A stretch of DNA of 64,000 nt. It comes from Camelus ferus (taxonomy: Eukaryota). Made by a program: the position numbers and the translations under genes. Every line of letters begins with the position of its first letter. Positions within the stretch are counted from its first letter, which is position 1. The DNA lies in contig NC_045697.1 in assembly GCF_009834535.1 (NCBI RefSeq), positions 78,122,001-78,186,000 of the forward strand, given 5' to 3'. The notes under the pieces are model-generated. The model had not been told where the DNA came from. It searched no databases and saw only the letters and a list, made by a program, of their open reading frames with translations. Below, piece by piece: positions 25,066-39,147 of the stretch.

Positions 25066-27639
25066 GTTCTGTTTTGTTTTTTATTTGTTTTTAGTGGCAA
25101 AACATATTTAGAGTTAAAAAATTTGGCTTTAAAGTTTGTTTAAAATAATTATACACTGTTGGTTAGCTTCCCTGAATCAGCAGTCTGATATTTTGGTTTT
25201 TAGAAAGGGGACCATACATTTGTAAGTTTTTCTAGGGGCTCAGAAAACATCTCTAGAAATGTGTCCTTTGGACTCATGGACCACATATGCTCACTAGCTA
25301 AGTGACCACTTATTCTCATCTCAAGCAAATCAATTATGAGGAAATAAATGTTCCTAGTGGTGTTCAACTTTCCAATGTGCAAATTTAATTTGGTAAAGGA
25401 AAGTAACAGCAAGTAATCAATGTTAACAGGAACCCAATATATAAACAAATGGAAGCAGTAACTGGATTTTAACTAAACCAGGAACACAAAGCCCATTACC
25501 AGCAGCCTCCTCTGCTGTTACGTTCCTGCATCCTGACACTATGTACAATTTTATGGTTTTTATATCTTGCCGTCTTTTGGAATTGTGATGGCACTTTTCT
25601 GTGAAATGCCTCAATTCCCCAGAGAAAGACAGCAGTCGTTTTAAGAAAAAGAAAATAACATAGCATTTTACCAGCTGGAAATAAAATAAACACAAAAGAT
25701 TCCTGCTCATTGGAATGAATGAAGGACCACATGGCTGACAACATTAAATTCATTGTTTAATATTAATGGTAAGCTTAGGTATGTAAAGCAAGACCTTCTA
25801 TTATTCCTACATGAATGCATTAGAATCAGACATAAGTGAATCTCCAAAGGAGAGGAATTTGGTTCATTTTCCATAAGCACCAGGAAATTCAGATGCTTAT
25901 TCAAAGCTTATCTGAACTACCTAAACACAGTTAAGTCTGCAGATCTTAGCAGAGCAGGACTGCATATAAGATTGTCAGCATTTATGCTGCCAACTCAGAC
26001 ACAGATATTGAGAAGGAGACGTTTGCTGGTGTGCTGCTATTTCTAGATCTAACTGTTATCATCAAACTAGTAATGAGAAAAATAAAATTCTTTATCCAAC
26101 TCAGGATTTGAGAGTCAGTTCATTCTGAGTCCTCCAAGTGATAAATGACTTAGTTCATATAGACACTGAATTGCTGCTCTTAGATACATGTTTGAGAAGT
26201 ATGCAGTGCATTGTTTTCAAAGTTAACTGTGCAAATAAACACAAAAGACCAGAGTCCTAACAGGTTCACAGAGTATATGTGTCTATCATTTGAGAAGGTA
26301 GCAAATTAATGACTCTGATTATCTTCATACTGGCTTGCCCCTGTCACCTTCCAAGTGTGGTTCCTCCACAATGCAACTGACACACCGTGACAGATGCCAA
26401 CAGCAGGAAGGTCTCACTATCTAGCGTGATTAAGTAAGGTTCAGAAAAGAGCAACTGACCCCCAACTAAAACTAGAAAAATTTGTTAACCATTTCTGGAC
26501 ATAAATGATGCTCTCAAAATCCTCTCTCAAATGTGTTCTTAGATGATCGAATCTGATCACCTCAGAAACATTATTTTGTTTCCCCCAAAAGTGAAGAATT
26601 TCTAGAATGAGCATGGGACAGTGAAAGGAGAAATATTAGATGAGTTGATTTATTTCACAGTGTGAATGAGGCAGGCCACTAAGCAGTGTAAGGACAGCAT
26701 ACAGGGCCTCCAGTCTTTTCACAGACCTGTTAATTATTTGATATCTTTAAATAAAAAAAAAATACTTCATTTGATTCTAATCAGAGGAAGAAATTATAAA
26801 ATTGAGATTAATATTTAATGAAATATCTGCCATTTATTAATCTTTAATTTTATCATTTATAAAATTTCTTACTTTTGAGAAAAATTTGCTGCTGACATTT
26901 TTTCCCCCTTTTTAAAGGGTCCTAAAATGTGCATGGTAATTGCTGAGAAATCATAGCTATTTGTCACCTAAATTGGCTTTTGTGGCCAAATACTTTTAAA
27001 AGGCAGATTGTAACAATCTTAAAAAACATTTATAGAAAAGTTATATTTAATCTGATTGAGACATCATCTTAATATGTTAGATATAATACGGGGTAAGGTC
27101 TTCAAAAATAAGAGGACTGTAAGCCTGGGAATGTTTTGATTTAGAAAGAAATGGAGGAATCTTGATTTAAGAATGAGGCATTCTAGATACATGTAAAGTG
27201 CTGGAAAAAGTTTGTTTGAATGTTTATGTGCTCAGCAGCTATGAGGGTCTGAATTGCTGTAGCTACAGATGACAAACCATGAGTGTGGGTCACGGAAGGA
27301 GAATATACTCTTTGAGTATATCTAATTAGTGTTGGGTTTAAAGTTTGCATATTTGTTATTTCTTTCCATTTTTTTGGTATAATGTTTCCATTTCTTTCTT
27401 CAGATTTGTATATACTGGTGTAAATAACTCTCCCTTGTTTATGTCTTTCAATAACAATTTTTCTTACAAGGGAACATATAGAAAGGTACACATCAAATTT
27501 ATTTTGGAATGTCTTTAGTACACTGAGTATTTGCTGTCAGGAAGAGGCATGGATTGGATTAAATCATTAGTGAATTATATCATGAAGTCTGTAAGTTAAT
27601 TAAATATGTAGTAGATGACAATGACTTATGGTGGTATGT

Positions 27640-27810
27640 TAAAGCTGTCTTAAATTTGCCTGGTTGTTAAGATAATTTTAGGTTTTTGTTAAAAGAAAAT
27701 ATTTTCAGATCCCACCCCTGATCTTCTTCATCTGACTTTTTAGGGGAGAGGTCTAGCAATTGAATGCCATTGAGTGATTCTTCTGATCAAGCATGTTTGA
27801 TAAACATGAC
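27640..27810. mobile_element. MER5B-like hAT-Charlie fragment
   Basis: 'ttgttaaaagaaaatattttcagatcccacccc', 'gtgattcttctgatcaagcatgtttgataaaca'. Confidence 0.55.
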
Positions 27811-28944
27811 ATTAACCCAAGATTCTCAGAGAACTTTGTTATTTGGCCTGAAACTGGAAATGCTTATTATGCTAAAAATCTGTTTTGAACCACTCTTGAA
27901 TTTAGTCTACTTTTTTCACTAGAGCATGTTGGTTATGTGATTGAGGGCCAGTTAGTTCCTGCCCTTTGGTTGTGAATTTTACCCCTAACTCTGATTTGTC
28001 GTCTTCCACTCATGTGGAAAAGACACAGAGGAAGAATGAAAGACCTCATCAACAAAAATGTGGTGAGAAAACTTCACTAAAGTGTGGAAACTCAATACAA
28101 CTTCAACTCAAAGCTTGCACCGTCTTATCAGAGGGTCATTGTCATGCATGACAACAAAACATTTAAGAATAGAACTTCAGTTCCCAGGAGTAGAGAGCTT
28201 ATATATCTACATTATAAAAGGAGATTGGCAATATTTCTGAATTCAAAATAAAAGATAAGTCTGAGAACTAATTGCTTAAAAGGAAAAGAAGAACTTTAAA
28301 AACATGTACAAATCATCCTCATAATGTGATTATTATTATATGGGATAATATAAAATTATATAAAGAAGTCAGGACCTATAATACAAGAAACAGATGTTGA
28401 AAAGAAGGAAGAGGAGACAGGCTGTCAAAAAAGAGGAAAGAAGTAGCAATAATTGACTTAATTTTCCTGTTAGTCAATCTTCTTATGTATAAGATAGCTC
28501 CATGTTAAATAGATATAAAGACATCGTTTCTTCTTCTGGGGTCTTGTAGAATTTTATGCAGACCTTTATTCTTGCATTTGTCACCTTTAGGATAGTTGTT
28601 TATGTATCTTCCTTATTAATTGTCTTGAGGTCCTTAAAAGAAAGACCATGTTTTTTTAAAATAAATTTATCCCCAGGTAATAACATTAGCTGATATACAG
28701 GAGTAGAACAATAATCCAATAAATGACCAACAGATTGGATGAAAGAACATGTGGTTGCTTTCCAAAAGGCTACTCAATACAGACCTAACCAGAAGAATAA
28801 TTGTTCTGTATTACTGCAGTTAGCCCTATTATTTCAGTTGTGGTCAGTTAATAGTTCAAGAAGAATCCCTTTTTTTCCAGAGCGAATTTATTCAATAAAG
28901 TGTAGCAGTCATTCTAAAAATATTTAAAGGCATTAACCGTTGGG

Positions 28945-29290
28945 CTTTTAAACTTGGAAGAAGCTGAGTGTCATCAAAAAGAAATACGGAATACTGAAGT
29001 CGAACAGGCCTCGAAGACAGTGTAGCATCATGATTTTAATATTTGTACAAAGTGGCCCTCCAGTTCTGCTTCGGGAATCCATTTCCTTGGAGCCGAATCT
29101 GTTGGACTCTCAGAACATTACAAAGAATTTCCTGATTTTGAATGGAAATAGCTCCTTTCTGACAGTTACTATCCTACTCTGCGGTGATCTATAAAGCAAA
29201 ACTAATCCCTCTTCTACATTGATGACTTTATACATATTTTTAAAAAAGCCCTCATACACCTGCAAGTCTCCTCATTTGCACATTTTTTTG
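28945..29290 (-). mobile_element. L3/CR1 fragment
   Basis: 'cctccagttctgctt', 'ttactatcctactctgc', 'atccctcttctacattgatgacttta' resemble antisense CR1 3' region. Confidence 0.45.
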
Positions 29291-29769
29291 TGTATTAGAA
29301 AAAACATTATTCAGAAAAACATCGTTCAAAATCAGATTTGTCTGCAGGTGCAGTTCTCGGTGCTACTTGCTGTTGTCACTAATGTATTTGTAAGAACAGA
29401 CTAGCAAAGACCCAGGAGTAGGTCGGAAGAGGCTGCCTGTAATGAAACTAAACAGTTGGAGTTCTTTCAGACTGGAAGAGAAAAAGGATAAGAGTAAATA
29501 TTATTCTCATGGGTAGGTATCTGCTGCTACTATTTCCAAAACTTTAAAAGCAGGGGCTGTTTCTGAAGGAGACAATTTCAAGGTAAATAACCAGAAATAG
29601 TATTCATACAATTTATATAATACTATTCTATAATATTATTATATATAATGGTATTTATACAATGGTCTCAAAAATTGGGGTAAGAATTTTCTAAGAAGAA
29701 TTATCAAGAGGCTCAAGAATAACTTAGGTGCACTTGTTGGTAGCAATAGATGGGTTAGTGATCAACTGC

Positions 29770-30040
29770 ATGGTTTATGGGTTTGGAAAGGCTTGGGCTA
29801 AAATTCTAGCCTCATTTATTAGCTGTATAATATTGGGTAAATTACAGAAGCACTCAAAATTTTAATTTCCTTATTTACAAAACGGGAAAGATGATAATAT
29901 CTATAGATTAGGATTATTGCAAAGATTAAATGGGTATAAATTCATGTATATGTTAAATGATATGAAATATATATGAAGCTTATCAAGGTGACTGGCACAT
30001 ATCAGAGACCCACAGATACTAGCTATTATGATCACCACTG
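29770..30040 (+). mobile_element. MIR SINE
   Basis: 'tttattagctgtataatattgggtaaatta', 'ggattattgcaaagattaaatg', 'gtgactggcacata'. Confidence 0.75.
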
Positions 30041-32041
30041 TTGCTATTACTGTCTTCCCAGCTGCACGCAATGTAGGGAAGGCAGACTTCTGGGGGAGAT
30101 GTGGAAGGACTTTAGAGAAATATAAGATGCCATTTCTCCCCTGATGCCTAGTCCCTGTGCCATGCTGAGGGACTCAGGGTCTAGTGACTAGACTCCAGTC
30201 ATTATTTCAACAACCCTCTTTGTTAAGTCCCCTCTTCTAAAATTTCAGGAACCTTACTTTGTGAAACAGTCGATTTTACTGAAAATAATCTGAGATTAAC
30301 AGGTGTAAAGTATAGGAAATTGTTTTTCTGAGGCTTTTACTTTCTTACAGCTTTATAGAAGTTTGAAGGGAAAATTAAAGAGTGAAGTGAGATTCTCATT
30401 GAGAAAAAAAACACTGACTCTTTCCCAAAAGCCAGCAAATGTGGTGTGGTCTTGGTCTGTCCCCTTCCTGATTGACTAAGACACTTTATTAGCTGACAGC
30501 AGGTCAAGTTCAGGGATCCTGATTCATGCCCACAAATCTCACAGAAAACAACTATGCAACAGCAGAACACCAGTGCGTTATTTTACAGTGAGTAAAACTC
30601 AAATGAATTGTTCTTTTTTTTTTTTACTGAATACCTACTCATGACCTCTCTGTCTGGTCATTTTACTTGAGAAATAGAAAGCATGAGAGGAGGTTAGTTT
30701 TATAATTGTACAGTAGACGTATGTCTGTATCTGTGCCTCTTTTTGACCTAGGCTTCAGTGACTGACCTAACTCCTGTTTGACTGACTTCTTTCCCATTTA
30801 AATATAATACTTAACCTAGGTTACAATCAAGTTCTTTTGGCCATCTCCTCTCCAGTCCACTTTACATTGATTATGCACCCCCTCTCCCAGCATGCAAGCT
30901 TGTTTTCAAGTTCTTGGAGTAGGGTGGGGTTGTGGTGGTGGTAGGAGTAGTAATCTTATTGTTAACTCTATTATCCATAGGCAATGCTGACAAATGTCTA
31001 TGAAAGTCCTTTAAATTTAATTCAATGTTAAATTAGGTGTGTAAACTCTTATGAGAGCAAATGGGCAGATCACACAAGAAACAAGTAAAATGAGAATCTA
31101 ACAATGACATCTAACTGCAGTTTTTCTTAGCAGATGCTGTGGACAAATATAAATCATCCTACACTGACTATATCGGGGAATGGAGCGCTTTTCACATACG
31201 TTGAATGTTTTGGTTGATGTGATTTATATGAGCTCCACCTCAAATCTTCTCTGGAGTCAGATACAGAATTTAAAAAATACTACAAAATGTAGTTGTTTAA
31301 ATAGCCTCTGTTAACAACTGCCATGAACGCCTTTCCATGCTAATGAAACTAAGGCTGTACATCTGGTGCTTATGTATTATGATGTAATGTACATCAAGTA
31401 TTACATTTGGGTCGAACTAGGATGCAGGTAGCAGGACAAAGTTGTTAACAGGTTTGGTCATTAAATGCAGGTCAGATGTCCTTTTCATGTTCAAGTTGAG
31501 CCTGGCAAGTAAAGGAGAAGACAATGATTTGTTAAATTTCTAAGTGTATACCATGGCAAGTATGTATGGCATTTCAAGTTGTAAACTTGGATGATCAGGT
31601 CCGTGCCATCCTTCAACATATAAATTTCAGTTATAGTGAGTTGACTTCAAATAATTACTATGTTGTGAATGTAGTAAGTGCTCTGTACTTAATCACTTCT
31701 CATAATAAAAACACTTTAAGTGGGATTAAGGGCCCCAGATTAAGAGCGGTCCATTATTAGCAAGTGTTCACACTGCTAAATTGCACCTAGAATGTATTCC
31801 ACTTCTCCCAAGAAACTTTAGTTATAAAACAAGAGACGTTATTTTGGCAGCAGAGGTGGCTGCATTTTGAATATTAATGCAATGATTTACCTATTAAATG
31901 CACATATAGAGCAAAATATTGTTGTGCAAATCTACATTTTGATTGAATTTTCTCTTCTTTTCTAGACAGATGCTTCTAAGTGTCTGTAAAACCAAACTTT
32001 GGACTTTGAGTACAGCCCTTTCTCTCTTAAAAAAATAAAAA

Positions 32042-32056
32042 ATATATATGTATATA

Positions 32057-32104
<48 letters not shown>
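32042..32104. repeat. (TA)n microsatellite with TG interruptions
   Basis: Direct reading; pure TA run 32065-32104. Confidence 0.97.
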
Positions 32105-32106
<2 letters not shown>

Positions 32107-32599
32107 CTTTTAACAGGTAATAAAACGTAACATTTATCATTTTTGAACGCTATTTATCTCTTTGTTTTATTGAGCCTCATACAAAAGCAGATATAGTCAG
32201 AGTTCACTTTTTCATCAAGTTCCAAGCTCTCAAAGGTCTTGTTGCTTATATGACATTGAGTTTCATCTTTCAAATAATCAAGATGCTTGAATGGGATGGA
32301 TTGAGTTTACTGAAATAGCTTCCTTAATCAGCAGAGTTTTGTTTGGCTGCCAGTTATATGCTTTTGCAGAACTATTTGCTCAAACATTCTCTCTCTCATT
32401 TTAAAAATTTCTCAAATGGATCAATGATGAGAGAGAAGCTAATTTGTTTGGGAAATGAGAGACTATTCCTCTGAAAAATATGTGTGTGTGCATGCATGTG
32501 TGTGTGTGTGCCCCTGTAGGCAGTAGAGGCTCTTACAAATCTGTAAAGTGACAGATTCACGTTTTAAGAGTAAAAGATGGATACAATACCAGAGCCATA

Positions 32600-32732
32600 A
32601 CAACAACTAATACTTGTTTTTGTATTTTAGAGGATAATTTCACTTATAATATCTTTTAACCTTAAAAATCTTTGTGAAGTTGATTTTATCTTCATTTTAC
32701 AGGTAATGAAACAACAGCTCAAAGAAGTTGAA
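32600..32732 (-). mobile_element. MIR fragment
   Basis: 'cttcattttacaggtaatgaaacaacagctcaaagaagtt'. Confidence 0.6.
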
Positions 32733-32829
32733 ATGCTTCTCTTTCTCTTTTTTTTTTTTTTTTTTTTTTTGATGTCTTAAAACAAATACACCAGTGAGTA
32801 TTTAAAGCCTTTTATTTTGGTCTCCTTCA

Positions 32830-33092
32830 GATAACAATTTAACACTCCCTTCTACCTTAACTCTTTCAAATCAGTTTAGCCCACCAAATACTTTTCTTAT
32901 TAACACATCATCCCATGAAATTAGCTTATATTTTTTGTAATTTGAACATCTGCCCTCATTTGACTGTAAACTCCATGAAGACAAGAAATTCGTCAGCTCT
33001 GTTCAATGCTGCATTTCAGCCTATGGAATAGATGCTGGCATATAGGTGATTCTCAATAAATAGTTATTGACTGAAAGAATAAGTGAATGAGC
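32830..33092 (+). mobile_element. L2 3' end
   Basis: 'gactgtaaactccatgaagacaag', 'gctggcatataggtgattctcaataaatagttattgactgaa'. Confidence 0.8.
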
Positions 33093-33649
33093 ACCCAGTA
33101 GGTGCCTGGCAGTCAGCTGGGAGGTAGGGCTATGAGGATGGGGAGACACGCCGCTGCCCTCCATGAACGCACAGTTAACTTGGAGTAAATGACCTTGACT
33201 CTTCACTGGGTAGACTGAAGATGCCTTATGTCTAGTCTGTTATCCCTTCAACTTGTAATTCTTCTCTTCTGTCCTGCACACGTCCTACCTCCGTGCCACA
33301 CCAGGGCACCCTTGCCATTACGGTCCTTATTTGAGTAGAAAAGTGCTTTATTTTATTTTGTTTGTGTTCCATTCTTAGAGGGACTCACTCCTAGAAATTA
33401 AAGTTAGAAGTTTTGAATTTATGTCTGTCCGGGATTGCTAGAAATGAGATGGGAGTAGGGGTGGGGCCCAGGAGGCTGGTGTCTGCCCACTGTTATAGTC
33501 ACTCATAGGTGTGTGATAATTGGGAAGATCAGGTTAAGAATTTCTCTTTTCACTAAATGAGATCATATGTTTATGTTTTTACACTTATGTTCATGGGAAA
33601 CACAATCTATTGTTCTGACTGAATTGATAATAATAGAACAGGTTTAAAC

Positions 33650-33800
33650 TTTCTTAATTACAGGTTGCTAATAGCTACGTGCTTTTGGGCAAGCTTCTTA
33701 AGCTCACCGAACCTCTGTTTCCTCATGTCGTGTGGGGATATAAGTACACCTACTCTCTGGGAGTAGGTAAATGCTGGGAGCATTAAATGAAGTGACATGT
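33650..33800 (+). mobile_element. MIR fragment
   Basis: 'ttgggcaagcttcttaagctc...ctctgtttcctcatgtc..tggggatat', 'attaaatgaag'. Confidence 0.7.
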
Positions 33801-34899
33801 GTTATCAGACACCTCCATGTCCCACTTCAGACCCCCCACCCCCACCCCAGTTCACCTTGTTCCCTTCTCACCTTGTGCTCAGTCCTGTGCAGGTGCTGCA
33901 GCTGGAAGGGACTCAGCCTCATGCAAGACGTCCCTTGACAGCGCCTCCCCGACACTGGCACCCAGGGCATTCGCTGCCTGCCTTGGATTTTTCCTCTTGA
34001 GGCTGAGAAGGGGGAGCCCTGGGACACTGCTCAGGGTCCCCGCACGCTCAGCCCAGAAACGTAGGGGAAGAAGTAGCTCTGTGGCCGTCCTTGACAACTG
34101 AAAGATGAGGACTAGGATAAAATCTCTCTCTCCTTCTTCTGGAGAGGCAGTCTAAGATGCAATTACAAAACTTTTGGGAGGATGATGCAGTAACGATTAA
34201 GCAGTCAGTTTCACAGAGAGGGGACCAGCCCGGTAATACATTTTCTGAATGGCTTTACCTCCTTTACAACCTCCTTGCCTCTGTCCCTCGCTGTTGCTCC
34301 CTGGGGTTGCACTGCTTAATAGAACAGCAGCCCACGAACTTCTGTGTCAGGCTTTGCTTTCTGAAGGCAATCTAAGACTGGATGTAAAGCCAGATAAAAT
34401 AAGTGCCAAATGTTCGTTGGGATTATTATAAGCTAAGTCTAATATATCAGTGATCGCTGATGTCAACAAAAATAGGTACAGGGACAGTTTTGTTTAACCA
34501 GATCATTTTGGTTTTCCAAACTCTATGATCATTGCACCAAATTTTTCTTCTGTTGAATATACTTTCAGTGTAAAAGACACATACCCTTTCTCTATATGGA
34601 AATGAATTTCTTTTTTACTGTTATACATTCAGTTGATAGTGCACTGCTCATTCTCATCACTTTCTTTGTTTTATAAGAGTCGCCAGTTATTTTACAGGCA
34701 TGTATTTGGAGTTTTCTAACAATGCTCTTTAATGACAAGGATCATATAATTTCCTTTTTTTTTTTTATTCCACAAACTGCCTAGAGTTGTACCTACCATA
34801 GCTGATCAGAGTAATTCATTTTTATGAAGGTCTGATGAGGACCTTTTTGTTTTTCTAAATGAATAAACTGACTCATGTTTTGGTATTTCCCTTACTCAT

Positions 34900-35665
34900 A
34901 GGAGGCATAATTCACCGTGTCCCAATGCCGAGCAAATATAAGCTGTTTGGGGGCGGAGAGCGATTGTTCTTGAACCGTCACGTGCACGACGACTTGGTGC
35001 CGCAGCGTGCTCGGAGCTGTGTTGTCAGTGATTGTAAAGGAATAAAGCCTGCCAGCGCAGGCATCAGAGAAGCTGCCAAAGCTGAAAAGTACCTGGCTAG
35101 GTTTTAAAGGACAGGAATACAATACTCTTACTAAGACAGACTTTATAGAGTCCGATTCACAGCCAAGGAAAACAGCTTTTGGAGCTTTTGGGTGTCCATA
35201 AACAGCTAGATGAATGTAAGGAAGCCAAACCCAGGGATGAGTAGGGTATTTAAACGCTCAACTCGCTCAGCTGCCACCGTGTCCTCCCTGCACTGCGATG
35301 CGCCGGCTGGCACAGAGAGGAGCAAGGAACGCCCTACGTGTTTGTGATTTATGGAAAATCTACACACCGGGTGCAGAGAGAGGGATGCTAATGAATGCCC
35401 GGCCAGTTGTGCTGTAAATTATGAAAAAAAAAAAAATTTGGTTTGCTTTTTCAGTGTGATCATAAAACATGATGCTCGAGAAAGAGGGAGGACCATCCAG
35501 TAGTGACCCTCAGATAATGCCTTGTGGTCACTCCAGTCCCAGGCGACAAATGCCCGTTGATAAGCCGGTTCAGGCGTTTTCTTAGCTGAGACACTTCATA
35601 AACCTTGCCAAGACAAAAGGGCACGTGGCAGTAAGTTGTAAAGTGATAAAAAGCAGACGTGGGTG
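34900..35665. promoter_or_regulatory. Candidate CpG-enriched cis-regulatory element
   Basis: Local CpG excess; CCAAT 34922, GC box 34950-34958, GTCACGTG 34977-34984, TATTTAAA 35247-35254, TGATTTATGG 35345-35354, ATGCTAATGAAT 35385-35396. Confidence 0.4.
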
Positions 35666-36978
35666 GAAAATATTTTATCAAGAAAGATAAAATGAAGAAA
35701 TTCTATGAATATGATAACAGTACCACAAAGAATATTTTATAGAAAAAAAAGTTGTAATGTTGCCAACTACAAAGGCAAAATGAATGAAGAGCAAATGGGT
35801 TGTATTTCAAACACATACCATTACACTGAGCAACAGTTCCATTTTACTACCCGAGTCACATTTTTTGACTGATGCAATAAAATTTGCAAAATACAAAGAG
35901 AAACATAGGATTTATATCTTTTTTTTTAACTTCAAATTTTTAAATGGATTTTACAGTTAACCATGCCATAAAGAAGTTTTTGAAATGTTCTGAATCATGT
36001 TCTAGTTCTGAAGAAACATCACACTGTTTACAACCAGCACAGAAATATGGACTTTCCTATGGTTGTTAGACTATTAGGTAATCCTAGCACGCTTTTAATG
36101 GAGAGATTTTATGCTTTAATACTTCAATAATTATTATATTTAAATGGTTCATAGTGATTAGAATAGTCTAGTAGGGCTTCATGGATCATAAATTAGGATT
36201 TTTTTTTATGATTCATAGATTTTCTTCTATATATAATGAGCTAGTTCTACTTTTAATCATTTTATTTGATTCGACTTCTGTTTGTAGAAACCCTAAGTTG
36301 GAGATAAGATTCATGAAATATGAGACAAAAATGATTTTCCCTAAATCTTTTTTTGTCTCCTTCTGTTTGTTTTAGGCTGTTTAGTTTCAAGAATTTGGCA
36401 AAAAAGAACTTGATTTGGTTTCAGAAATATGATTTTTTTAAAAGCAGTCATTAACTTAAAGCCAGTACAGCAATCCTACTACCATAGGTAAATCACCTCA
36501 ACTCAGAAAATCATTGTATTTCCCCAGCTATTTGAATACTTACTTTGTTTTATTGAATATAACTATCTGTTAACAGAGGGAAATTTTTACCATCTCCCAC
36601 CCCCACCCCTTCATTCCATGGAGGGTTAAATGGTAGAGAGATTAAAAAATTAATATTAAAAAAACCCAGAATTCTAAAATGTCTTTGGAAGTGTTTTAGG
36701 ACTCCAAAATTTGGTCTTTGCTTTGGGAAGGATAATATTGTTCCCAGCATTATTAACCAGCCATTATTCTGTAAAAGAGTGTTATAGCAGAGTAGGCCCT
36801 GAAAGTTTCTTGAGACACTTAGAATTCCAGACAATTCTTTAAGAGCTTTTTGGGGACAGCCCAGGATATCAACTCAGCATGTCTATGTGTGGATTTATTT
36901 TGGTGTGTAGCTATTCTAAAAGAAAAGCCATGGTTAATGGGTCCATGATAATGTACATTCTTAAGACATTTTACTTTC

Positions 36979-37107
36979 TTTTTTAAAAAATTGATTGAAG
37001 TATAGTCAGTTTACAATGTTGTGTCAATGTCTGGTCTGCAGCATAATGCTTCAGTCATGCATATACATACATATATTTGTTTTCATATTCCTTTTCATTA
37101 CTAGAAG
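36979..37107 (-). mobile_element. Short 5'-truncated young L1 3' end
   Basis: 'attgaagtatagtcagtttacaatgttgtgtcaat'; TSD ttttactttc at 36969-36978 and 37108-37117. Confidence 0.88.
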
Positions 37108-38129
37108 TTTTACTTTCAACTGAACATCTTTAAAATTTTGTCTTTCAAATGAACTAAGTGAAATAATAAGATTTTTCAATTCATATACAATTAAAAAAAT
37201 TTATGGGTGTGGGGAGACCAAAGGTCTATGCTGATTTATGGAATTGACTGAGGTCTTAGGAGGGCTGTTCTGCTTTTATTAGACTTGGGAAGATGCTGGT
37301 GTTCTCTCCTGACATAGAGCAAAAAATCTAAACTCTGCAGGCAGTGACATTTCATATAATGCATTAGATGGAAGTTTAAGAATTCTTGGAAATTTCTGAA
37401 GTTCAGTGCATAGTATACTTGGTGCTGAAAGCAGTTTGCATTCTAGTGTATTTAATCATTTCTTTCCCAGACTCTCTCAGTCCCCGTATTGCTCTCTGTT
37501 TCTTTCAGCACCATCAGCTCTCTTGTTCTCTGGCGGAGCCAGGAATCCACGGCCGCCCCGGCCTCTGCTATCGTCAGGAATCTGCAGGTACGAGAGGCTG
37601 CTCCAGCTGTGTGACCTCAGGCATCGTCACAGCCTGTCTGGACCTTAGTTTCCTCATCTGAGTGGTAAGTGAGCTAAATTGGAACTATTTCCAAGAAAGA
37701 GGATTTCCAAAACCCATAGCTGTCTCTTAAACAGGAAGATAAATACAAAAGCCGACTTGGTTATCCCTCCAGGGCCGCCTATGCCAGAGATTAGTCTTGT
37801 TAAGAATGAAATCTTGATAATGCTCCAGCTGTGTTTAGAGCAAAGAAATAAATGTCGAAAAGGTCCTTTTGAAGTTTTTGCTTTCTTTTTTCCTCAGCTT
37901 TAGAATCAAGAAATTTGTGAAGGATGCTTCAAATCATATTTGAAGCTGGGATGAAAGATTCACTCTGCTTTTTATTAGTGCTTTTTATTAGTACTGGTTT
38001 TTTGGGGTTTTTTTTTTTTGATGGTCTTTCCTCAGTGGTACCTGGTTACTAGGGTTCTGTTTTTGTTGTGTTTTCTGGAATGACCACCTTCCCAATGCTT
38101 ACAAATTCTTGCTTGGAGCCCTTTTCCCT

Positions 38130-38665
38130 TCTGAAGGTTCTTCACACTACAAAGATGACTGGGATTATCATCTTTCTATGACTCCACCTCTCTACTACAT
38201 TGTCTTTTGCCAATCATTTGACAATTAATCATCTTCTACCTTATGACTGTTACCACATTTGAAAATTATCTTTGTCAATGCGTTTGTTCCCCGACCAAAA
38301 TAGAAGTTCTTTGAAAGAGTGTCAGGTAGTGGTTATGACCTCAGCTTCTGGAGTTAAAATTCCAGAATTCAAATCCTCTCTCACCTCTCTTCTTGTATGA
38401 CCTCAGGTGTAATCCCATCCACCTCCCAACCCTCACTTTCTCATCTCTAAAATGGGGATAATAGTAGAATCTACCTCTGTTCTGAGGAATTTGGTGACAA
38501 CTGATGGACAGTACCTAGCAAGAGGCTTGGTGCACAAGAAAGGCTCAGTCATCAGTGTTCTTTGAAGGAGGGTTGGATCTTAGTAGTTCTTTGTGAATCT
38601 GTCGTACCTCCCACAGTGCCTCGCACCTTTGGGTGCTCTGTTCATATTTGTTGGCTGTTTGTTGA
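38130..38665 (+). mobile_element. L2 3' end interrupted by a MIR (MIR ~38320-38555)
   Basis: L2 'tagaagttctttgaaag' ... 'cacagtgcctcgcacctttgggtgctc..atatttgttg'; MIR 'ctcactttctcatctctaaaatggggataatagtagaatctacctc'. Confidence 0.75.
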
Positions 38666-39147
38666 TGTCTTTTCAGATGATGGGTTTTTTTTTTTTTTTT
38701 TTAATGTAACTTCACTTCTCAAGACATTCTAGTTTGGCTAACGTCAGGGATCAGGAGGGTAATACAAAGAAGAGAGCTTGAATTACATTAGAAGTAGGAA
38801 TAAATATAGACTGAGCCTCCACCAGGGATGTCAGTGGAACACCTGCCCCTCAAATTCCTTCAAACTAGAAGAGGCAATGAGAGATACACGGTCTCCTCTG
38901 AAAGGATCTTCAGTCTCTCTGCCCCAGGATCTCTGTCTTCTCTGTCTCCCCATGTAAGTGTGAGGACCTAATCATTCACCAATTGTTGAGGTTTGTGACC
39001 ACCTTTTGAAATTACTCTTCTTGTCATGCATGATGTTGACCTGGCCATTCCTAAGGCTGGTAACATTGTCCAGGTCATTTCCCTACATCTTGGTTCTCAT
39101 CACTTTAGGGTGAGTTTTCTCCCATGTTTGGGACACGGTCTTAGCTT

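Noticed and set aside
36376..36487. Plus-strand exon-like segment after a strong pyrimidine tract
   Set aside because: Stops in all three frames, modest donor, no other support
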